64,000 bases of DNA from a virus (Duplodnaviria; Caudoviricetes), in IMG/VR virus record IMGVR_UViG_3300027772_001865, positions 17,427 to 81,426 of that record. One strand, written 5' to 3'. The position numbers and the translations under genes are program-made. Below the pieces are notes generated by a model that was given only the letters and a program-made list of their open reading frames with translations, made no database searches and was not told where the DNA came from. Below, in pieces: positions 41,201-47,257 of this stretch; within the stretch, counting starts at the first letter, position 1, and every line of letters starts with the position of its first letter.

Positions 41201-41868
41201 CCTATGCTGAGTTTAACTATGAACACTTGAAGTGGGCTGTGCAAATGGAAGGGTTAGACTGCAATCACATTCATCATTCAAAGGGTGTGAATGGTCGTGT
41301 GGCAGCATATCAAGCAGCCGCTAGATTAAGCACAACACCTTGGTTCTTTGCTGTGTTTGCCAAGCTAGAAGTTGATCATAGATTTGATTGGTACTGGCAA
41401 CCTGATCGTATGCAACAACCCAAGCATTACATCTTCCACGCACACAATCCTGTGAATGGTCTAGTGTATGGACACCAGGCCATGATTGCATATAACAAGA
41501 AGATGACATTAGAAAACACAGGAGAAGGTCTGGACTTTACCATGGATCAACCACACGAAGTTGTGCCTATCATAAGTGGCACAGCCAACTACACTGAATC
41601 ACCTTGGATGGCCTGGCGTACAGCATTCCGCGAAGTACTTAAACTCAAGCACAGCCTGCCAGATGTAGAAAACGAATACAGACTCAACATGTGGCTCAGC
41701 GATGCCGGTGAAGTTAAAAATGCAGAGTGGAGTCGCTACGGAGCAGAGGATGCTGTAGAGTACTACGACGAAGTAGGTGGGGATTTTGCGGCTCTCAAGA
41801 AGAGCTACGAATGGGATTGGCTTGCGACGTATGCGTTTATGAAACGCAGTCTAACACCTGATCGCTGA
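38257..41868 (+). CDS. Large repeat protein with C-terminal glycosyltransferase-like domain, 1203 aa
   Basis: Ten Trp/Pro repeats of about 65 aa. The C-terminal DIVFISNGEP...GVNGRVAAYQAAA...NGLVYG...AWRTAFRE domain is homologous to the 15481 gene. Confidence 0.7.
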   Translation: MFDIFYSGKKPGLFAHECEADSIEHAQQLSRTRFFWFVNYLSDYTGFDFLWEPVPWQAQQRHAWLDQYQFDSGVYLVPKKGYAETNYHAEPRVHRLPDIDYWHIPKWIDPASIDFRWAPDPTDPPYIYEFPVEWDWDRVGGPEYRIPGATDRKYIDTFVTRTQSDRDMWKVYDNVSSTDTVFNWHPNPFDPPMIYVFGNQHWPAEIRASVEYHVPGATVKKYMDDIRTTRLSDKNKFTCLYPCEFDWSWEPNPGDPPYIYVFGNQWWPAEKMATVEYHVPDAIERKFMDQPATLLSNKNNWSVPDNVDPLSIDYSWVPDPGDPPYTYVFGNQHWPGEIMPTVEYHVPGATECKYIDYIRITLTECMDNWEILEEIAHDEWDWSWIPNPLDPPYIYVFGNQWNPPEFKASVKYVVPGASEVKYMDRRTRRLPTPKLFRHNLAVSKFDYSWEPNPFDPPMMYVFGNQWNSAVLEPTVVYNAGGNEIKYVDDIIATVAQDVSAWELLDDIESFDYSWRPNPTDPPYIYVFGNQWLTPEQRPALRYCIPDATDIKYMDHPRAQRRGDHTRFVQHYPASFNWSWEPEPGSPPYNYVFGNQYYSAEVMPTIEYRMSGATERKYMDIPAQLLPHHSNHWHTLVDCEWDYTWRPEPGSPPYIYVFGNQWWSAEKMPTLEYHMVGATERKYMEGPLATLPIDMSNWSIPKHIDLTDMDFSWCPDPGEPPYIYQFATQHQKTGGPQYRMPGATEFKYVDMMRAEVKKEAAPIFEIDHLDGAAGQIPDVVKRVRYFDNYRDTLIRLAKSLVGEYEHVWVCSSICDYTDFDFSWHPETWQSTMLHVFPSDKEKFGDTFYMHVPTFAERAEKKALLEWYSVNYVPRRSVPRRPMPVILHTADSHVDAVKNTTWAGPLATFTTTDYVPGNMITVPLWRKETKTIVPLSAGASSVIVPRVAVGDVRTQLYDYAYIDKTRRMLKDHPLDIVFISNGEPYAEFNYEHLKWAVQMEGLDCNHIHHSKGVNGRVAAYQAAARLSTTPWFFAVFAKLEVDHRFDWYWQPDRMQQPKHYIFHAHNPVNGLVYGHQAMIAYNKKMTLENTGEGLDFTMDQPHEVVPIISGTANYTESPWMAWRTAFREVLKLKHSLPDVENEYRLNMWLSDAGEVKNAEWSRYGAEDAVEYYDEVGGDFAALKKSYEWDWLATYAFMKRSLTPDR
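38599..40503 (+). repeat. 10 tandem in-frame repeats: W.W.P.P.(D/S/E)PPYIYVFGNQW...EY..PGATE.KY(M/I/V)D
   Basis: Ten copies counted in the translation. The DNA core TATGTGTTTGG(T/C)AA(T/C)CA recurs about every 195 nt. Confidence 0.9.
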
Positions 41869-42946
41869 TGTATTCAACTTCGAGGTCTGTTAATTCAGGA
41901 TAGATAGGCAAGCTGAGTACACGCCGAGCAAGACTAGAACTTGCTGCCAACATATCTGGACCTGGGTATGCACGATACAATGGCATTTCGTGCAAGGGAT
42001 TTACATAATGCACTCGTGTTTCTATTTTGCGTAAAGCAAGATTTGCTCTCAAGGTATCGCGGCCATCAACATCTATAACAAACTTATGCACAGCATGATT
42101 GTGTGCATTAGAGTCGTTGATCAAACAACGTATGTCTGCATGTTTGAAACGCTCGCACCAATGATTGGCTATCTTTTGTCTACGTGCTTGCCACTGATCA
42201 ATGTGTTTTGCTTTGACCAGCATGTGCGCACAGTCTAGTTCACTCATGCGGCTGTTGGTACCAGGATTACGATGCGTAGGCTTACCATTGTCTCTCCAAG
42301 CTCTTGCATATTCTGCTAGATCCAAATTGTCCGTGACCACAGCACCACCGTTGCCATAACAAGCAAGGTTCTTCATGGGATCAAAGCTAATTGCGCCACC
42401 ACCTCGCCCGGTTCTTTGACCATCTGCTGCCAGCCAATGTTGTGCGGCATCCTCAATTATAACAGTATCGTGTCGTAGCCATTCATTCCATGCACGAAGA
42501 TTACCGTGATGAGTCATTGACGCACCATACAAGCCAACTAGCACTACAGCTTGATAACTCAAGTCATGTGGAATTTTATTAACATCTATTAGGCCATGTA
42601 TGTCTGTGTCAATGATGTGTATATCCCAGCCTGCCCGTATAAATGCATTGGCAGTGGCCACATAGGTCATTGAAGGAATTAATGCAGTAGGAGGATGTGG
42701 CACAGGAGATTCCATGGCCCAGTAACTGGCTAGAATCTCAAGTGCGTGGGTACCTGAGTGACAAGTTACTGCATAGCGCACACGATTTTTTTTAGCAAGC
42801 CAAGATTCAAACTCAACAGTGTTGTTACCGTTCATGAGTTGGCCACTTCGAAGTACTTCGTCAGTAGCGTCTAAAATCTCTGTGCGGAGATTGTTATACT
42901 GCTTTCGGAGACCAGTAAACGGAATTGTTAAGCCAGTTGAAGTAAT
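41837..42946 (-). CDS. DegT/DnrJ/EryC1/StrS PLP-dependent sugar aminotransferase
   Basis: SGTHAL, IIEDAAQ, SFDPMKNL (PLP Lys), GTNSRMSE and LSLPIYP. The family N-terminus continues in frame above the ATG at 42835. Start placed at the ATT at 42946 (inferred). Confidence 0.85.
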   Translation of the reverse strand: MTSTGLTIPFTGLRKQYNNLRTEILDATDEVLRSGQLMNGNNTVEFESWLAKKNRVRYAVTCHSGTHALEILASYWAMESPVPHPPTALIPSMTYVATANAFIRAGWDIHIIDTDIHGLIDVNKIPHDLSYQAVVLVGLYGASMTHHGNLRAWNEWLRHDTVIIEDAAQHWLAADGQRTGRGGGAISFDPMKNLACYGNGGAVVTDNLDLAEYARAWRDNGKPTHRNPGTNSRMSELDCAHMLVKAKHIDQWQARRQKIANHWCERFKHADIRCLINDSNAHNHAVHKFVIDVDGRDTLRANLALRKIETRVHYVNPLHEMPLYRAYPGPDMLAASSSLARRVLSLPIYPELTDLEVEYISDQVLDCVS

Positions 42947-43862
42947 TTTGAAATCCCTCTTCTACATCCACTTTGGGATCATAACCTAGAATTGTTCTGG
43001 CACGGTCAATGTTTAATGCACCACGTGACGGAAAGTCTGCGTCTTTGTCTCGGCACTCAATAGTACCCTTGCCAACAATTTTAACAATCATTTCTGCGGC
43101 TTCTAACAAGCTCACACTATGTGATTTAGTAATGTTATAGGTGCTGTTACGACTCATGATACGAGTAGCAGCCGCCACAATGCCATCTGCGGCATCATCC
43201 ACATAGGTAAAGTCTAGCGTCTCCCCTGCCCCATTAACTCGGAGAACGCCTCCTCGCATGGCTCCGAGCATAAATTTTGCCACCACTCGGTCTTCCACAT
43301 CCAAGGGGCCGTATACAGCACTAGGCCTAATAACAGCGTAATCAAAAGCGCCGCGGCGATGGTAGTCTTTGACAATGTCTTCTCCAGTTAATTTCATAAT
43401 GCCATATTGGCCAATGGGTTTACAGTCGTAGTCTTCTTCTACTTGATCTTCAAAGTCACCATATACCATTGAACTTGAAATGTACACAACACGTTCCACA
43501 CCGTGCTTTTTGGCACTCTCGCAAACGTTGATCAAGCCCTCCATCATCACACGACTACCCCAGGCAGGGTTGGCATTGACAACTTTCTGTCGGGGAAAAC
43601 TTGCCATGTGGATGATAACTTCAGGTTTGTGTTTGGCCACTAGCCAATCAAAGTTGTCAGCATCGGTAATATCAACGTGATAGATATTTTTGCCTGATAT
43701 CTTCTTTAGCCGTTCCGCCATCAAGTAGTCAAGTTCTGCTTGTGGAATGATTCCGTAGTTGGTACGTGTGTCTGTTATGATCACTTCGTGTTCTAGAGCT
43801 TCTAATCGTTGTACCACGTTGTGGCCAATGAGCCCTAGGCCGCCTGTTACTAATATTTTCAT
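42894..43862 (-). CDS. NAD-dependent nucleotide-sugar epimerase/dehydratase (extended SDR), 322 aa
   Basis: ILVTGGLGLIG, ISSSMVYG, YGIMK (YxxxK) and RPSAVYGP. Start moved to 43862 (ATGA coupling). Confidence 0.9.
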   Translation of the reverse strand: MKILVTGGLGLIGHNVVQRLEALEHEVIITDTRTNYGIIPQAELDYLMAERLKKISGKNIYHVDITDADNFDWLVAKHKPEVIIHMASFPRQKVVNANPAWGSRVMMEGLINVCESAKKHGVERVVYISSSMVYGDFEDQVEEDYDCKPIGQYGIMKLTGEDIVKDYHRRGAFDYAVIRPSAVYGPLDVEDRVVAKFMLGAMRGGVLRVNGAGETLDFTYVDDAADGIVAAATRIMSRNSTYNITKSHSVSLLEAAEMIVKIVGKGTIECRDKDADFPSRGALNIDRARTILGYDPKVDVEEGFQNYFNWLNNSVYWSPKAV

Positions 43863-44188
43863 TTGTTGCCCCACTTCAATGTCCAAAAGGTTTGATCCTG
43901 TTCACTTAATCTTGCCATGATACGATACAAGTGCCCATAACTAGAAATATCTGCTTGACGAGTCCAGTAAGGTTTTTCCACAGCATGTTCCATGATGAAC
44001 TTACCAGCATCTGATTCCTGCCACTCATATATGGGTTGTGCCACATACAAATCAGGATCTTCTACATCGCCCATGCGGATCTCATGTACACACACGTCAC
44101 AAAACTTTACAGCTCTATCTCCAATGATTTCAACCCGTTCGGGTTGCCATTGCTTGTATTCGTTTGGGTAAGTGCTTGTTATTGCCAT
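43859..44188 (-). CDS. Hypothetical protein, 109 aa
   Basis: ATG start, coupled to the epimerase gene. Confidence 0.65.
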   Translation of the reverse strand: MAITSTYPNEYKQWQPERVEIIGDRAVKFCDVCVHEIRMGDVEDPDLYVAQPIYEWQESDAGKFIMEHAVEKPYWTRQADISSYGHLYRIMARLSEQDQTFWTLKWGNK

Positions 44189-44208
44189 ACACTAGTATAG
44201 CACAGGGA

Positions 44209-44880
44209 TTAGTCTCGAGCAACCAAGTCGGCTGCCATTGGGAAGATTGCTGTGATGGCTTGAGCACAAGCTCGTGCAATAGCCTGATGTTCTTTTTGTG
44301 TGCCGTTGGCACTGCGCAATTCAATAAAGTGAATCCAGGAACGCAATGTGCCATTCATGTACAGTCGGCTTTCAATCAAGCCTTCGGGTAACACAGCTCG
44401 GGCTTGTTCTTTGGCAATGCCGTTGGCAATGGCCCAGTCGTATTCTCGTTTGGCAGCATAAATGACTCGTTGTTGAGCACGGTACCAATCATTTTGTAGC
44501 AGTTGATCATCAACTTCGACGCTGTTTTGTCTATTTTTTGTGTCTTGCAATCTAGCTTCTCTTGTAACAAAATTGAGATCTTTCGTTGGGTCAGCATATC
44601 GCTGACTGAACTCTTGGAAACTGAAACTTCTGTGTCGCAAGATTTGTCTTGCAATGTCTCTTGTTGTGGTGATTTCCATGCATGCGGAGACCATTTCGAG
44701 TGGGCTCCAGTGCTGGTGCTTGACCAAGTATCTGATAAGTTTGTCTGATGTATCTGTGTTGAGCTGATTGGAGGGATTGCTGACACGGGCGCAATACGCA
44801 ATAAGTTCCTGCGCATTGCCGAGGCCCATATCTGCAAATTTCTCTGTTGGCTGTGAATAGGATAGTAATTGAACATCCAT
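44209..44880 (-). CDS. thyX: FAD-dependent thymidylate synthase
   Basis: QHWSPLEM, RHRSFSFQEFSQRY (ThyX motif) and SWIHFIELR...QKEH. Confidence 0.95.
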   Translation of the reverse strand: MDVQLLSYSQPTEKFADMGLGNAQELIAYCARVSNPSNQLNTDTSDKLIRYLVKHQHWSPLEMVSACMEITTTRDIARQILRHRSFSFQEFSQRYADPTKDLNFVTREARLQDTKNRQNSVEVDDQLLQNDWYRAQQRVIYAAKREYDWAIANGIAKEQARAVLPEGLIESRLYMNGTLRSWIHFIELRSANGTQKEHQAIARACAQAITAIFPMAADLVARD

Positions 44881-44882
44881 GT

Positions 44883-44890
44883 TATTTATA
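44883..44890 (-). promoter_or_regulatory. TATAAATA motif directly upstream of thyX
   Basis: Exact T4 late consensus on the - strand, 2 nt before the ATG, overlapping the upstream stop codon. Confidence 0.45.
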
Positions 44891-45188
44891 GTCCGTTGAG
44901 GAGTTTGTCGGTTTCGGGTTGTAAAAGTTTGGCTACTTCGCTTACATCAACGACGAAGTCAATGTCTTTGACTTCGTCGCCAAATTCAGTTAGTGTACGG
45001 GTCAAGACAATTTCTAATTCGTCCATGTCAAGACCTTGTTTTTTAAGTGTAGCTAGATTGATAGTCCGTTGTTTCTTGCCATGCAATCTAATTACAACTT
45101 TTTTAATGCACTCAAGTGGGATTTCAGTCTTGTTTACTTCTTCAATGATGTGTTCCCACCTGGCCAGGAACTCATCACTGAACTGCAT
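44886..45188 (-). CDS. Hypothetical protein, 100 aa
   Basis: Operonic, overlaps the upstream gene. Confidence 0.65.
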   Translation of the reverse strand: MQFSDEFLARWEHIIEEVNKTEIPLECIKKVVIRLHGKKQRTINLATLKKQGLDMDELEIVLTRTLTEFGDEVKDIDFVVDVSEVAKLLQPETDKLLNGL

Positions 45189-45906
45189 CTGCTGACACTA
45201 CCTTGGGTGGACGACCACGACGTGGGGCGGTGGTAGTAGGTTGTGCCTGCTCTTTTACTGCTGGTGTAAAGTTGTTTAAGTTCACAGCTGGATACATGCG
45301 CTGAGCATCTTTCTTCATTCTAGCCGCTTCGGCAATCATGCCCTTGGCTTCTGATTCCATGCGTTTGGCCTGTGACAGCATGTTCATAGCAAGTGATTTG
45401 TCATCTAGTGCACCATCAGTTGATGCAAGCAACGGTTCAGGTTGTTGTGCATTACGCTCTTGGCCACGTTTGAATTCTGCTTCAGCTTTCCGCTTTACAG
45501 CAGGATCAACTAGGCCGGTGCTTTTATCAATTTCACGCAGGCGATTGATAGCGGCCTCACCTGTTTCCATCTCTTTGATGATACGGTTGAGTTCGTCTAG
45601 CTTGACATTGCTCTGAGCATTGGGTGTCACAATGACTTGATTGCTAGGAATCTTCTTGATCATGCCCTCACGATGCAAGGCTTCCAGTTGTGGACGGCCA
45701 TCTGGCAATACTCCGCGATGCAGGGCATCTGCCAAGTTGGTGGCCTGTTGACCCACTGGGCTTTCCAATGTTTTCATGATTGAATCATGAATATGTGTTG
45801 GCAAAGTCTCTGGATAAATCACAAGGCACATATGATCCTCGCCAGGTACTTCTCTAAATAAAATTGCAACCTTGCGGTCTCCGTGTCTTCCGATGTGTTT
45901 AAGCAT
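45175..45906 (-). CDS. Hypothetical protein with C-terminal AT-hook-like motif, 243 aa
   Basis: Predicted helical middle region. The C-terminus reads APRRGRPPK. Confidence 0.65.
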   Translation of the reverse strand: MLKHIGRHGDRKVAILFREVPGEDHMCLVIYPETLPTHIHDSIMKTLESPVGQQATNLADALHRGVLPDGRPQLEALHREGMIKKIPSNQVIVTPNAQSNVKLDELNRIIKEMETGEAAINRLREIDKSTGLVDPAVKRKAEAEFKRGQERNAQQPEPLLASTDGALDDKSLAMNMLSQAKRMESEAKGMIAEAARMKKDAQRMYPAVNLNNFTPAVKEQAQPTTTAPRRGRPPKVVSADAVQ

Positions 45907-46099
45907 TTGCTTCTCCTTGAGTATTTGCAGATTGTTCTACTGCCTGAGCCTGAACGGACTCAATAAAGAGTCCGAGTTTTTCATACAACTCACCAACCTG
46001 CTTCATTTCGGATGCTTTGAATGCACCGCGAGTACAAGCCGCATCAATGATGTTCTTGATAGAAACCATGTCAGTGATTGTTAGTTGAGTATTTCCCAT
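45899..46099 (-). CDS. Hypothetical protein, 66 aa
   Basis: TAAATA lies 5 nt upstream (46105-46110). Overlaps the next gene. Confidence 0.65.
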   Translation of the reverse strand: MGNTQLTITDMVSIKNIIDAACTRGAFKASEMKQVGELYEKLGLFIESVQAQAVEQSANTQGEANA

Positions 46100-46104
46100 G
46101 CAAA

Positions 46105-46110
46105 TATTTA
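46105..46110 (-). promoter_or_regulatory. TAAATA late-promoter-like motif
   Basis: Intergenic, 5 nt before the ATG at 46099, with no SD. Confidence 0.5.
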
Positions 46111-46135
46111 ACGAGAAAATACTTGGTGGTGATTT

Positions 46136-46318
46136 TTATTTGATCCCAAAATGTTCTTTGATCTGATTCATAGCATCATCGTATCCGTTTAGATACAAGT
46201 TATATATGCATTCTCTCACAATCAGACCGGCCAGTTGATCAATTCGGTCAACTGCAATCCACTTACCGCTTACGTCGGTTCCTATTTGGTTTACTAATTG
46301 CTGTATCTTGGGATCCAT
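46136..46318 (-). CDS. Hypothetical protein, 60 aa
   Basis: Part of a co-oriented run of small genes. Confidence 0.5.
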   Translation of the reverse strand: MDPKIQQLVNQIGTDVSGKWIAVDRIDQLAGLIVRECIYNLYLNGYDDAMNQIKEHFGIK

Positions 46319-46502
46319 ACTTCTTTTCCATAACTGGTTTGATGTTAATATCGTATATCTGTTCCATCACACGCCACAAGCCACGGCGTTCAAGTGCGGT
46401 CATGCCACGTACCCAAGGCGGGTCTGCGGCTAATTTTGGCACTTCATAATCTTCTCTGTACATCACACACATTGAGTGAATGATCTCTTCACGAGTTTTC
46501 AC
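46263..46502 (-). CDS. Hypothetical protein, 79 aa
   Basis: ATGA coupling to the upstream gene. Confidence 0.55.
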   Translation of the reverse strand: MKTREEIIHSMCVMYREDYEVPKLAADPPWVRGMTALERRGLWRVMEQIYDINIKPVMEKKYGSQDTAISKPNRNRRKR

Positions 46503-46738
46503 TTATATTCCTTGATATCCTTGTGCGTGACCACAATGATGTAATGCACTTGGCCGTTGTATTTGATGGGCAAGTCAAGATGAATTGTAATCCTAGGACC
46601 TTCAACATGATTGACCACTGTATCGTTGCCTACTGTACCTACAAAGGGGATCTTGTTCCAGTGCCCGAACACACGATCTCCCAAGTACCATATAGGATAG
46701 TAACCGATACGTTCAAAGTAATCGGTTTGATTGCCCAT
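46499..46738 (-). CDS. Hypothetical protein, 79 aa
   Basis: TAATG coupling. Confidence 0.6.
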   Translation of the reverse strand: MGNQTDYFERIGYYPIWYLGDRVFGHWNKIPFVGTVGNDTVVNHVEGPRITIHLDLPIKYNGQVHYIIVVTHKDIKEYK

Positions 46739-46941
46739 TACAATTTCATCTTATGTTTATTGAAAAAGTAGTTAACGGCAGCAATAGCAAAATTAATTGC
46801 GGCGTTAACATAGTTTCCAACCGCCAGCGAACTCAAGCCCGCCATAACGCAGATACCAATAACAAACCAAGTAATAGCCGTTTGGTGTGTGATATACCAT
46901 GTTCTAAAAGCACTTAGTGCTTTTAGACTAAAAGCACTCAT
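46738..46941 (-). CDS. Small membrane protein, 67 aa
   Basis: Two hydrophobic segments, coupled at both ends. Confidence 0.6.
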   Translation of the reverse strand: MSAFSLKALSAFRTWYITHQTAITWFVIGICVMAGLSSLAVGNYVNAAINFAIAAVNYFFNKHKMKL

Positions 46942-47126
46942 GTTAGTTTCCTTTCGTGTACAAGAGTTTCAAACTGTTCAAACAGTTCTTCAAACTTATG
47001 ATGATAAACAGCAGATAATGCCTCAAAATCGGCACTCCCTGCATTCCGCTTGGCCAACAACTTGACGTCATCAACCATGCCCCAGCAACTCATAATTTGT
47101 TGCTCAAAATCAAAACGGTCTGTCAT
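46938..47126 (-). CDS. Hypothetical protein, 62 aa
   Basis: Start moved to 47126 (MTDRF; ATGA overlap with the 44-aa ORF). Confidence 0.6.
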   Translation of the reverse strand: MTDRFDFEQQIMSCWGMVDDVKLLAKRNAGSADFEALSAVYHHKFEELFEQFETLVHERKLT

Positions 47127-47257
47127 TGCTTCCATTCCTGTCTGGCCTTAAGGGCCTCTGTAAAAATTTTCTTGCCTAGTTCCCATAGCGGATGCCAAAC
47201 GTATCCCACTACTGCACCCAAGGCAAACCAATTTAATGCGTTGAGAAAGTCTTGCAT
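47123..47257 (-). CDS. Small single-TM protein, 44 aa (not in ORF track)
   Basis: MQDFLNALNWFALGAVVGYVWHPLWELGKKIFTEALKARQEWKQ*. TAATG and ATGA overlaps fill the gap exactly. Confidence 0.65.
   Translation of the reverse strand: MQDFLNALNWFALGAVVGYVWHPLWELGKKIFTEALKARQEWKQ

Noticed and set aside
13292-44880. DNA base hypermodification as the main role of the cluster
   Set aside because: Not adopted as the lead hypothesis. No dCMP/dUMP hydroxymethylase, hmU kinase, TET/JBP or Que/Dpd gene is recognisable, and thyX makes ordinary dTMP. It cannot be excluded without the rest of the genome.
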